Source: Octopus bimaculoides
Lineage: Eukaryota
Assembly: GCF_001194135.2 (NCBI RefSeq)
Contig: NC_068983.1
Coordinates: 38,997,454-39,061,453, forward strand
Length of the DNA: 64,000 nucleotides
Direction: 5' to 3'
Shown: in pieces, positions 51,195 to 63,691 of the stretch
Position numbering within the stretch: position 1 is the first letter of the stretch
Layout: each line of letters opens with the position of its first letter
The notes under the pieces: model-generated
The model's input: only the letters and a program-made list of their open reading frames with translations
What the model was told of the DNA's origin: nothing
Databases searched by the model: none
Program-made: the position numbers and the translations under genes

Positions 51195-52098
51195 CTAGAC
51201 CCTCCCATGCTAGACCCTCCCATGCTAGACCCTCCAATGCTAGACCCTCCCAGCAAATTTCAGCCTTTAGAACAAAGAAATATTACTATTTCTTGAGAAA
51301 TTCAAACATTAAATTACGTAACTTTAACATCTGAAATTTTAGGAGTATTTCGGTCAGTCAGAAGCGGCCAGTTTCAACTCACTGGTTTAAGGATTTGTTT
51401 TGGGACAAAATGATCTATAACAGTAATTTCCCTCTCGTCTCTGCTCCCTCTCTCTCTCTCTCCTCTTTCCTTCTCTCTTTCACAGGAAAACGAAACCTGA
51501 TTCTCGATGTTGATTGATGAATGAGATTGATAATTTTAAATAGCGAATGGTGTAGCTGGAAGAAACTTAAGATCGTTTATGCATAATGGATGAGATTGGC
51601 AGAGAGAGAAAGAAATGGATGATAGTATTGTTAGTTAGCAATTTGATGAAATTGCATGACAGAATGGTACTTCTTAAAATTATTCATTTATATATATATA
51701 TATATAAGTGGCTGTGTGGTAAGTAGTTTGCTTACCAACCACATGGTTCTGGGATCAGTCCAACTGCGTGGCACCTTGGGCAAGCGTCTTCTACTGTAGC
51801 CTCGGGCCCACCAAAGCCTTGTGAGTGGATTTCGTAGAGGGAAACTAAAAGAATCCCATCGTGTATGTATTTGTGTGTCTGTTTGTCCTCCCAACATCCG
51901 ATTGCTGGTGCGTTTACATCCCTCGTAACCTAGCGGTTCGACAAAAGTGTCCAATGGAATAAGTACTATGCTTACATAGAATAAGTCCTGGGGTCGATTT
52001 GCTCTACTAAAGGAAAAGGATATATACGGTGCATATATATGCACACGTACACACACGCGTGTGAATGTGTTATAAATATATATGCATATATAAATGTT

Positions 52099-52131
<33 letters not shown>

Positions 52132-52805
52132 NNNNNNNNNNAACGAAAAAAACTTCTTCCCTAAAAGTGTTTGTAACATCATGATAAAAGACTTTCATAA
52201 CATTTCCTTTTAATAATTTTTTTTTTAAATCACCTTTTACACTTCAAAAGTGTATTAAGAGATAGATAGATGGATGGATGGATGGAGGGGAGGTCGAGAA
52301 AGAGAGAGAGAGATGTGTTTTATTTATTTGACTGTCAACTACAATTTAGTATGAAAGCATGTGACAAACTGGATGAGAGTTTGACAGTCGAAAGAGCTGG
52401 CTTTGTTTTTTAGTCTAAGCTATTCTACCAAACATATTTCTAAAACTATATATATAAAAAAAAAAATTAAGAAAAAAAAAAACAAAGTAAAAATTATAAA
52501 TAACTTGAATAAAAGAGAATTAATATTAAACAACACAAAATGGAATGCAACAAATATAACGGGGAAAAAATGTAATTTGAGAAGAAAAGAGTAAAAAACA
52601 AAAGATAGAAATGATAAACGTTTAATTCTTACTCGTTTGCTTTTACTAGTTTTCAGTTAGTGAACTGTGGCTATACTGGAGCTCCACTTCTACGGGTTTT
52701 ACTAGATCATAAATGAATGTGGTACTTATTTTCGTTATGTCTATTTGTCGAACCGCCAAGTTACGGAACACTAAAAGACTCTAACATACGCTGCTACAGT
52801 GGTGT

Positions 52806-53192
52806 GTTGTTGTTGGCACTCCGTCGCTTACGACGACGAGGGTTCCAGTTGATCCGATCAACGGAACAGCCTGCTCGTGAAATTAACGTGCAAGTGGCTG
52901 AGCACTCCACAGACACGTGTACCTTTAACGTGGTTCTCAGGGAGATTCAGCGTGATACAGAGTATGACAAGGCTGACCCTTTGAATTACAGGTACAACAG
53001 AAACAGGAAGAAAGAGTGAAAGAAAGTTGTAGTGAAAGAGTACAGCAAGGTTCGCCACCATCCCCTGCCGGAGCCTTGTGGAACTTTGGGTGTTTTCGCT
53101 CAATAAACACTCACAACGCCCAGTCTGGGAATCGAAACCGCGATCCTACGATCACGAGTCCGCTGCCCTAACCACTGGGCCATTGCGCCTCC
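52806..53192 (-). mobile_element. tRNA-Arg-derived SINE (family B), CpG-intact
   Basis: Head GGAGGCGCAATGGCCCAGTGGTTAGGGCAGCGGACTCGTGATCGTAGGATCGCGGTTTCGATTCC with TCG at the anticodon position; 3' half shared with family C; (AAC)n tail. Consistent with the known octopus tRNA-Arg-derived OR SINE families. Confidence 0.8.
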
Positions 53193-53654
53193 ACTCACAT
53201 GGTGTGTATACCGTCATTAAACTGGCATTCAGTTAGTTAGGACGACGAAGGTTGCTGTTGATCCGACCAATGGAACAGCCTGATCGTAAAATTAACTTGC
53301 ATCAGGTTGAGCACTCCACAGACACGTGTATCCTTAACGCGTAATTCTCAGCGAGATTCAGCTTGACTGAGAAAGTAACAGCCGGCCCTTTGAAATTACA
53401 GCTACAACTCATTTTTGGCAGCTGAAGGGACTGCAGCAACGTGAAATGTAGTGCGACGCTCAAGGAAACAACATGCCACAGGAAATCGAACTCGCAACCT
53501 TACGATCGTGAGTCGAATACCTTAACCACTTAGTCATGCGCCTTCACATCATTGACATAAACTTAGATACGAACACCAAGGTACACTCATTTACATGCAC
53601 GCACGCGCACACACACTCGACAGGTTTCTGAACAGTTTCCGTCTAGCAAATTCC

Positions 53655-53830
53655 ATTGCCATGACAACTTTCTCTGTCATGGTCAATGCGACGATCAAAC
53701 CCAACACACGTTCCTTCCAAGCACTGCCGTAAACAGCGGAAGTGAGCTAGAACGTTAAAACTTAGTGAGCATGCACAGTAGAGTCCAAGCGGCTTCACTC
53801 TGCATGCTTTAGCTTCGTTACTATGGCAAC
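53655..53830. promoter_or_regulatory. Candidate promoter: RFX X-boxes plus ETS site
   Basis: GTTACTATGGCAAC (53817-53830) and ATTGCCATGACAAC (53655-53668) flank CGGAAGTG (53737-53744) in CpG-rich DNA. Confidence 0.45.
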
Positions 53831-54112
53831 AATCCAGTTACTTATTGATCAGACCTCGTGTGTGTGTGTGTGCGAGGCAGATATATGTAAGAATAATATT
53901 TATCAAGATTAATTCCTACACCTTATACTTGGGTAATTCAATCTCTTTATCTTTAAATCACCTCATTTTTTTAGCTCTGCGCAACATTTCGTTTTTCGTA
54001 AAACTAATCCTTTCTCAATGTATCAGAGAATCACTGAATTTCTATAGTTTATCATCATACCAGGAATAATTACTCCACCCTAAGTGTGTGTGTATGTGTG
54101 TGTTTGTGTGTA

Positions 54113-54565
54113 CAGAAGCATAGACGCCAAGCAGTGATTAAGAATAAACGAGCTTTAGGGTAGTTAAAATATGTTTATGACATATTTTAACTTCCAAGGG
54201 TAAATTTATTGCAGTTACCATGGAGAAAAAAATTCTCTTATGTGGTAAAAGATATGTAATAAAAAAAAAAGAATCAGTGCTTCCTTCTAACGGATTCTCA
54301 GACGCGCGTTTCTGGCTCTTTAACCCTCCTCAGTGAGAAGTACCGAAGAGATAACCCTGGGTAAATTCAAAGCCGTAGCTTTAATTAAAAAGTAGTCCAC
54401 ATATTTGACTGAGTTGAGCTAGTGGCCCACCTGGTCGGAATAAATATAGCAGCATTGGCGCCAAGCTGTGTTTGGGAATAAACGAGCTTTAGAGTAGTTA
54501 AAATATGTTTGTGACATAATTTAACTTCTAAAGGTAAATTTACTCCAGTTACCGTGGAGAAAAAA
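54113..54565 (-). mobile_element. Terminally redundant (about 1.4-mer) hammerhead-containing element
   Basis: About 120-bp direct repeats at 54113-54232 and 54447-54565 (offset 334) enclosing a hammerhead motif; abuts (TG)n. Confidence 0.6.
54295..54339 (-). ncRNA. Type I hammerhead ribozyme motif
   Basis: UUCUCA-CUGAGGA-GGGUU aaag AGCCA-GAAA-CGCGCG-UC-UGAGAA: 6-bp helix I, palindromic ACGCGCGU helix III, GUC site (C at 54301); first helix II pair is G-A instead of G-C. Confidence 0.75.
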
Positions 54566-55987
54566 GTTGTTGACTTTGTGTCTAAATCAATGGCGACTGC
54601 GACACTCGAACTGTTCGGGCTTATCCCGAGTATAAATTTAATAAAGTGAACGTGTATTTGCCAGCTGATTTAATTTCTACCAACACTGACTTCAAGTATG
54701 TAATTGCAGCCAATAACTCAGACTCCTTTTATTGAGCCTGGTCGCAGCTCATTTATTATCATTCAGTGCCTGGCGGTGTTTTAGAAGTGCCCTGTGTCAA
54801 ATATTATTCGTAGCAGACGTTCTATCGACATCGTTCACGTGCGCCTGACTCGGGCTCAGAAGTTACAGCTCGAGTTGTTATCTATAATCGTAAAAGTTAA
54901 AAGTAATCCAAATTCAATGTTTTCTTGAAGCAATAAATGTCTATAGAGATTAGGATTTAAATTCCAATCTATGAAAAGTTTCCGTTCTACAATATTCTTA
55001 AAGGAACGAAAAATTATCCGGCAAATTGGACTAATACGAACAAAGCTTGGTAGGTGTAAAAGACTAACTGGCATCTCTTGTCAAGAGTAAAGGCGACAGT
55101 CAGATCGCTGATATTTGTCGTGCACTCCTCTGTCATTATTTGACTGCTGTCATTCTGCGCGTTTGTGTGCAAAGATCAGTTGTGTTTTGCAAGGTTGCTT
55201 TATTTTAACCCTTAAATTGGAAATGGAGAAAGACATAGTGCTAGAAAAAAAAAAAAAAGTAAGCCATTTGGGGCTAGAAATAGAGCGGAAAAGCGTGAAA
55301 TTCTTCGAGCAGGCATGTGTCTCATGCAAAATCTATGATGAGTCCGAACGACGCTGATGACCTGGCGTCGCTTCTGGTCTAAATCAAAAGTTATTATTTT
55401 TCTTAATGTTTCTCTTTTGGATGGCAAGCTGACAGAATGTTTAGAACGTCGGAATAATTACTGTAACGCATTTGTTTCGGTTCTATATATATCGGGTTCA
55501 AATCCCAACGTCAGTTTAGCCTTTTATTCCTCCGGGGGGTCGATAAAATAAAGAACCAGTCTAGTTCAATGGCATTGGCTAATCACCTCCCCTCAAAACT
55601 TCTTATCTTGTGCCTAAATTAGAAACACTGTTGATTCCACAACTCTGCTATTTTTAATTAATTCACGTTAATAACAATATTTTCTGAATATCATAACAGC
55701 TCTATTAATTGGAGAGCATAGATGAGAATGGGGGTGGGTTGTTTTATCGTAACATTGCTTTTGAACGCATTTGAACATTTGGCCAATTTTAGAGAAAGAA
55801 ATTAAATTTTTTCTTTTTTTGTTTCTCCCCATTGTCCACTTCGTGAAGAGATCAAAACATGAAAGTAAAAGGAAATACCCTCGATATTATGACTATAATG
55901 AAATATCTGTGACATTTCATTACGAAGAAGAAAACTGATATAACGATATCTCGGTGCGTTCAAATTGGACAAGACGGGTTTATAGAG

Positions 55988-56038
<51 letters not shown>

Positions 56039-56531
56039 TAAAGTTTAATCTATTTTTATCGATCTAGCTGTCGACTATTCTCACTAATCGATACTTCCAT
56101 CCAAAGTGAATGGCTTTTACAAATTACAATGGTATTTTGATTCAGAAATAGGTATAATAAGACTGTCTGCTGGATTAGTGAACCATGATTGCGCAAGCCT
56201 GTAATCAAAGAAGCGCTCAAGCCGCGATCATCTTGTTTTCGTTTAAAGTATAATGTATCTAGGACTGCATTATCCTGCTTCCTTCCTTTTTAAGACGGTT
56301 GAATGTAATTTCAGGGAGATTTCTGACAGATCGAGTGACGACGTAGAGTCTCCCTCTTACTTCCTCTGCTGTTGTTGTTGTTGTTCTTACCGATATTGCT
56401 GCTTTTGCTGTTGTTGTTTCGCGCTTGCTCAGCTACGACCAAGCAGGCTTGTAATCAGAAGTGTTCCAGCCTTGATCAAGCATAGCGTCATTTCTTCAGA
56501 CATGGTGAATCTAGGGCTACATTATCTAAAG

Positions 56532-57819
56532 CTGTCTTTCTCAACTGGGGTCCATATTGGATTTTTTTTTTGATAACATTTATGTGCAATTACTAATATT
56601 TCTGCAATACACCAAATATTCCAACAATTATATATACAGTAATCCTCGCCATATCGCGGTTCACCTATCGCGCACTCAGTACATCGCGGATTTTTCTGGC
56701 TAATATATCTCTTTTACTCTTTTACTTGTTTCAATCATTTGACTGCGGCCGTGCTGGAGCACCGCCTTTAGTCGAATCAAATCGACCCCAGGACTTATTC
56801 TTTGTAAGCCTAGTACTTATTCTATCGGTCTCTTTTTGCCGAACCACTAAGTTACGGGGAACTAAACACACTGGCATCGGTTGTCAAGCGATGTTGGGGG
56901 GGGGGGGACAAACACAGATACACATACATATATATATATACATATATACGACGGGCTTCTTTCAGTTTCTGTCTACCAAATCCACTCACAAGGCTTTGGT
57001 CGGCCCGAGGCTATAGTAGAAGACACTTGCCCAAGGTGCCACGCAGTGGGAATGAACCCGGAACCATGTGGTTGGTAAGAAAGCTACTTACCACACAGCC
57101 ACTCCTGCGCCTATATAAATTTATATCGCGGACTCCTCAGTATATCGCGGGTTTCTGCGGCCGATAGGTATCTATATTNNNNNNNNNNNNNNNNNNNNNN
57201 NNNNNNNNNNNNNNNNNNNNNNNNNNNNNNNNNNNNNNNNNNNNNNNNNNNNNNNNNNNNNNNNNNNNNNNNNNNNNNNNNNNNNNNNNNNNNNNNNNNN
57301 NNNNNNNNNNNNNNNNNNNNNNNNNNNNNNNNNNNNNNNNNNNNNNNNNNNNNNNNNNNNNNNNNNNNNNNNNNNNNNNNNNNNNNNNNNNNNNNATATA
57401 TACACGACGGGCTTCTTTCAGTTTCTGTCTACCAAATCCACTCACAAGGCTTTGGTCGGCCCGAGGCTATAGTAGAAGACACTTGCCCAAGGTGCCACGC
57501 AGTGGGAATGAACCCGGAACCATGTGGTTGGTAAGAAAGCTACTTACCACACAGCCACTCCTGCGCCTATATAAATTTATATCGCGGACTCCTCAGTATA
57601 TCGCGGGTTTCTGCGGCCGATAGGTATCTATATTTTTTTTGGATTTTAATTATTTCTGTGGGAGGTTTTGGAACGTAATACCCGCGATAGTCAAAGGATT
57701 ACTGCATATACAATTCCTAATATTATTCAATACTTTTAAATATCGAGTGGCTATGAGGGTCTACCCGAGTAAAATAGGGATCAAAGGGGTTCATAGGTAA
57801 AAATGGTTGAGAACCATTG
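56532..57819. mobile_element. hAT MITE (same family as 16280-16735, inverted)
   Basis: Ends CTGTCTTTCTCAAC / GTTGAGAACCATTG; perfect 8-bp TSD ATCTAAAG at 56524-56531 and 57820-57827. Confidence 0.9.
56637..57704. mobile_element. Tigger/pogo-like MITE nested in the hAT MITE
   Basis: TA|CAGTAATCCTCG ... AAAGGATTACTG|CA; repeated tatcgcgg motifs; itself interrupted by a family A SINE. Confidence 0.75.
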
Positions 57820-59398
57820 ATCTAAAGCGTTATTCCTCAACCTTTTTTTTTTATGAGAAAAAGAAGTTTGGCTGCTATTTCGCGTATATCAGGCAACCAC
57901 GTAAAGTAGAGATTTTCGAAGTGGTCGATTATAGATTCTTAGTAGTCGATGGAACGGGGACGAAAAAATCTCGATGTGTGGATACAATTCTGGGGATCAT
58001 CAGATAGTCTACAGGGTCACGGTCGAAGAAGTTTAAAATCTAAATAATTTTTCTCATGTTAAATAAAAGGGAAGTCCTTAGAGATAGACGGGGCCATCTT
58101 AGCAACATTATAGCCTGCCCCCGCCGGGTAAAAAGGGTATAGTGGATCCTAAAGTATTTACTCACTGACAGTAAACCACAGCACACACAGATCAGAATTG
58201 GGTCCCTAGACTCGTGGTGTCCTTGAGCAACTGTCCAGTGGGCCTATGCCTTAAGACGCCACCGGGAAGACCACAGGTGAGGTAAGTGGCACTCCGTTAG
58301 TGACGACGACGAGTGTTCTAGTTGATTTGATCAATGTAACAGCCTGCTTGTGAAATGAACGTGCAAGTGGGCTGAGTACTTCACAGACACGCGTACCCTT
58401 AACGAGGATTCATCATGACACAGAGTGTGACAAGGTTCGCCCTTTCAATTACGGGTACAACTCATTTTTGCCAGCTGAGTGGATTGGAACAACGTAAAAT
58501 GATAAAAATATATATATATGCTCAAAGACACAATGCACCGTCGGGAATCGAATTCATGTCCTTACGATCGTGAGCCGAGTACCCTAACCACTAAGCCAAA
58601 AAGAAAAAAATATTCATACCTTCGGTTGTTCTTGCTTGGGGATCCAGTCAGGTCATTTGCTGCCAGTAGCTTGTGATAGGACCCTGTGGAAAGCGCGTCT
58701 GAGAACTCTACCCCCACCCTACCCTACCCCCATCAACGCGCGCGTACGCGCACACACACATGACCCCTACCCCCCAGGACTAAGTGGATGATGAAGATGG
58801 GCGGCGATGGATAGATGGATGATCAAGTCTCTAATCTGTAAATCACATACGAACGTAAGGCTCGTTGCAATAATTATTCAAATGCAAAGAATTTATTCAA
58901 AATACTCTATAATTTTGCTTGAAAAGATAACTTTATAATTTATATACTTAATATTAAAAAAGTGAGTAACTAAAGTCATTTTATTCTCTCTCTCTCTTTC
59001 TCTCTATCTCTCTCTCTTCTCTTTCTCACCCCCCCCCCCCTTTTTTTATCTCTTATAGCTCTATACCACTCTTTGACTGAGCTCTTTGAAGTAGCGCTTT
59101 TGGTTTCGAAACGAAAGGTTACAACTAACATATTCGTGACAGGAAAGATACATAGTTATTTAATCTGTTTTCCTCTCTTTTGTAAACCCTCTCTCTCTCT
59201 CTCTCCTTTTCTTTTCTCACGCACAAGCATACCCACATGTATATATGTAGACATAACTGCAACTATATATATATATATATATATATGCGTGTGTGTGTGT
59301 GTGTGTGTGTGTTGGTGTACGTGTGCGGTGTGTATACATACATGTATGTAGATGTATTCACACACATACATTCATATATATACATATATGTAAATGTA

Positions 59399-59436
<38 letters not shown>

Positions 59437-60461
59437 NNNNNNNNNNNNNNNNNNNNNNNNNNNNNNNNNNNNNNNNNNNNNNNNNNNNNNNNNNNNNNNN
59501 NNNNNNNNNNNNNNNNNNNNNNNNNNNNNNNNNNNNNNNNNNNNNNNNNNNNNNNNNNNNNNNNNNNNNNNNNNNNNNNNNNNNNNNNNNNNNNNNNNNN
59601 NNNNNNNNNNNNNNNNNNNNNNNNNNNNNNNNNNNNNNNNNNNNNNNNNNNNNNNNNNNNNNNNNNNNNNNNNNNNNNNNNNNNNNNNNNNNNNNNNNNN
59701 NNNNNNNNNNNNNNNNNNNNNNNNNNNNNNNNNNNNNNNNNNNNNNNNNNNNNNNNNNNNNNNNNNNNNNNNNNNNNNNNNNNNNNNNNNNNNNTGTATA
59801 TATACACATACATACATACATACACAAACACACATACATATAAATACATACACGCGCTCTCTATCACACACACACACACACACACACACACAACGCGTGC
59901 ATGGATACACCTGCGAACACCCACACGTACAGTGTCGACAATTCTTTTAGGAATGTAACTTATAGATTGTCAACGTCTTTCTGCGAGGTGTTCTTTCAAA
60001 ACACAATTGCGTCGATATTTGCCAGATTTTTATTCGATTAAACTGGTAAAAAAAAGAAAGAAAAAATGATCGAAAGCAAATATAAAACCGTGAATATGCA
60101 TACGTATATAAACTGCATTTGTCGGCGTATTAGACGTGCTTACCAAAAAGTCACCCTCCGCGTAATGCGGTTGTATTACGGACGGGAGACTGAGTTTTGT
60201 GAGTTAGGGAGCCAGATAAGCATAAGTCCGGTGGTACGATAAATGTTACTAATAATAAAATATAGAAAATAAATCAAGATATCATAACCTGTTACCACAA
60301 ACTTACAAAAAATAGCTTGCGGTACGTCGGCAGTTATGTAGAAGTCACATCATCCCAGTATACCGCCTTTTCTGTTTACATAGCCCTCACCTGAAAGATA
60401 TTTTACATTATTTAATGATTGACTGTATTACCTTTACAAAACATTTGGTTATTATCTAAAT

Positions 60462-60746
60462 TAACGCTTCTCAAACTGTGGGTTACGACCCCAAATGGGG
60501 TCGCGAAAATTAAATTCAAACACTAGAATTTCAGTTTATGTGTTATTTCACAAATCCTAAAACTACTTTATTTAGACAAATAATATAACTACTTTTTTTT
60601 ATATACATATATTGTTTAGAAAAAAAAAAAAGATAAATGATTTATATATTTATTTGTATGTTTTATTTCATACTTAATACCTGGGATCGCGAAAAATCTC
60701 GTGATGAAAAATAGGGTTATGAACGAAATATGTTTAAGAAGCGCTG
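60462..60746. mobile_element. hAT (Charlie/Buster-like) MITE
   Basis: TIRs TAACGCTTCTCAAAC / GTTTAAGAAGCGCTG; TSD ATCTAAAT / ATCTGAAT (7 of 8); gggtcgcga subterminal motifs. Confidence 0.85.
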
Positions 60747-61260
60747 ATCTGAATAAATAACGTATTAGCTCTTTGCAACGAATGGATGACTGCAAGACCA
60801 TAGTTGTAGTGCACCACCCTTAGTGGCCAATCGCAGTAATACCAAAACATCATAACAAAAATTACGAGTTTTACATCTCGTATGACAATTCTTTTGACAA
60901 AAGAAAAAAAAAAAAGTAGGCAGTTAATTTAAAAGACAAAACTGAAATATGAAACACGTATGACGAAGTTTATAGGCGCTGAATTAATGTTTTTTTATGC
61001 TTTATTCCACTATACTCTCACAGCATTGTAGTTATATACAAAATCACACATTCCTCCTTCAAAACCATTCTATATCTGGTGCTGGTATAGTATGCGGTCT
61101 ACCACGGTGTCAAACAGTATAGCCAGGGTTATCTATCTTATCTTTCAGAGATAAAACACTTCGTACATTATAAAGGAATTTCACAAATAAGAAAAATTGA
61201 ATCTTATATTCTTTTATATGATAAAGAAATTACACAGATAAACCAAGACAATCCATTTTT

Positions 61261-62128
61261 ACGATAAACACTTCTTATGTCATTAAGGAACAATAGAAAT
61301 AAATCACCTGAGTCTTTCCTCATCATCTTCCAGCAGAAATGAACAAGATGTGACTGGAAAAGCTCAGTACCGACGCCTCTCATTTTGTTCAGAATCATAG
61401 TTTTAGCATCTAACCATGATCACTCAATGGCCTGAGCGTGTGATCCGGTCACTGGATCCACATAATGTCGTTAATGGTTCACTCGTCTGAACGAATTACT
61501 AAACCTTTTCCATATTCTCTCTCGATAATTGGGATCAGACTGTTCCCGTCACGCCGTTCCACACAAAAGTATCGACAGAATGAGCCTTATTTGAGACCAA
61601 AAACCCACGGCCCATCAATTCTATGTCCATGGTTCCTTTCGTTTCGTTGTTCTGCATCACTGTCTTCGAAGAGAAGAGCGCTGTCGCCATTCAGCATTCT
61701 TCCTCGATTGTATTTTCGTCGACCAGCAAATTTTGCTTCATCGATCTGAGTGGGGTTATCGTTTGTTCCAACCATCTTCCCTCGTCATTCATGATAAACT
61801 ATGGCTCCACACACCTCGTGGCACATATTGTACCCGTCAGTTATTGTATTTTTAGATGTTCCTGTTAGAGCCACTGCTGTGGTTATGGGTATATCCATGA
61901 CGAAAAAAAAAGTTCTAAAATCTCACTCAGGCTCTGGTTGCAGTTTAATTTGTTGTTAATGTCCGTATAATGGAAAAATTGGTCACTCTTTCGTTTTTCT
62001 TGCATGACAGTACCGCCTCGATGGCAGGGATCTGCTTCTTGTGTATCCAGCAGATTGTAATCTTGTAAAAATGTGTCTGCTGTTTCCGCTGTCAAGATGA
62101 CACGTGTATAAAAATCTTTCAGCAACAT
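61261..62128 (-). mobile_element. Degenerate Merlin (ISXO2/IS1595-like DDE) transposase
   Basis: MLLKDFYTRV...TQIDEAKFAGRRKYNRGR...DGPWVFG...VERRDGNSLIPII...IRSDE/VNH*RHYVDPVTGSHAQAIE*SW...RGVGTELFQSHLVHFCW. The IDE, RRKYNRGR, WVFG, SDE, VNH and QxIE motifs are characteristic; stops, a frameshift and deletions are present. Confidence 0.9.
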
Positions 62129-62337
62129 ATCAACGTGAGGTAAACCGCAAGGGAAAAGGTGAAGTGATAACGAATAGTTTTTTGGGGGGGAGGGGACGAG
62201 TCGATTATATCGACCCCAGTGTTTCATTGGTACTTAATTTATTGACCCCGACGGAATTTGAAATCAGAACGTAAAGACGGGCGAAATGCCGCGAAGCATT
62301 TTGCCCGGCGTGCTAACGATTGTACAAGCTCGCCACC

Positions 62338-62374
<37 letters not shown>

Positions 62375-62499
62375 TTATAATAATCTTAAAATCTTTTAGA
62401 CATTGCAACGAAAACGAAAGAAAAAGTTTAGAAATCGTCCAACTGTAATGTAATTTCTCAAATCACCGTCTTAAGCTGATGTTGAAAGTGGAATAAAAT

Positions 62500-63075
62500 G
62501 AAAAACAAAAGCGAGAAATGTCATATACCATTGGAGACAATATTATCATTATACCAGCCGTAATGGCTGTCACAGAAACTATTATGAAGAACTCTCAGCT
62601 TATTCTTAAGATTATTCCTCTGAGTATTCAGTACAGTACAACACTGCATTGATGAGATGTCAGAAAATATTGAAAAGACGATAATTTCAGAATTTCAAAA
62701 GTGTAATTTATGCTACTCAGCTTGACGAATCACCGTTTGGGAGTTCTAATATACTCAAGGACTATGTAAAGTACTGCGCAGTAGTAGTTCAAATAGTTCT
62801 TATAAATGCACTGTTGGTGAATTTCTCTTTGACAAATATCTTGAGGCTGCCACTCAGTGGCGGGTGGAATGATCATCTTGTGGTTGGACGAATATTTGAG
62901 GAAGTGTCCGCCATTCATGTTAAATCATTACGGCATTTGTTTCTGATGGTGCACTTAGCTTGGATTGAGATGTACTGAGGTTTTTCAGCCGCTTTTAACG
63001 GAAAAGCTGCTAATAAGAGAGCATGTATGCAATGCACATTGTTTTACCCTGAAAACAATTTCGTAACCAAAAATA
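62500..63075 (+). mobile_element. Degenerate Buster-type hAT transposase fragment
   Basis: YTIGDNIIIIPA...IPLS..VQHCIDEMSENIE...YATQLDES...YVKY, then VSDGA and AHCF, matching ZBED5/Buster-like motifs; many frameshifts. Confidence 0.8.
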
Positions 63076-63514
63076 ATTCTTTGTAATTTTTGGTACAAAA
63101 TCAGGAGTTTTGAGGTTACTTACTTTAGTGACTTCGAAAGGATGGAAGCAAAGTCAACCTCAGTGATAGTTGAACTCAGAGCATAAAGACGGACAAAATA
63201 TCGCTAAGCATTTTGCCCCACTTGCAAACTACTCTGCTAGCTCGCTGCTCTCTTGTGACAAAATAATAATAATAATTATTATTATTATTATTATCATAAT
63301 AATCCTTTCTACGAGAAGCGCAAGGCCTCAAATTTGGGGGGAAGGGGTATAGTCGCTTTCATCGGCCCAGTGCGTAACTGGTACTTATTTAATCGACCCC
63401 GAAAGGATGAAAGGCAAAGCCGACCTCGGCGGAGTTTGAACTCAGAACGCAGGGACAGTCGAAATACCGCTTAGCACTTTGTCTATCGTGTTAACGATCT
63501 GCCAGCCCACTGCC

Positions 63515-63691
<177 letters not shown>

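Noticed and set aside
55194-55258. Possible plus-strand exon MEKDIVLEKKKK with GTAAGC donor
   Set aside because: Splice signals are plausible, but the frame depends on a 14-A run and there is no homology support.
55335-55357. C box (ATGATGA) and D box (CTGA) snoRNA-like pair
   Set aside because: Spacing is far too short and there is no terminal stem.
58689-58705. GAAAGCGCGTCTGAGAA resembling the 3' half of the 54.3-kb hammerhead
   Set aside because: No CUGANGA core or helix I partner upstream; may be a remnant or chance.
34880-59958. Many ORFs of 150-340 aa rich in Y/I, C/V and H/T
   Set aside because: All are translations of TA/CA microsatellites joined across N gaps.
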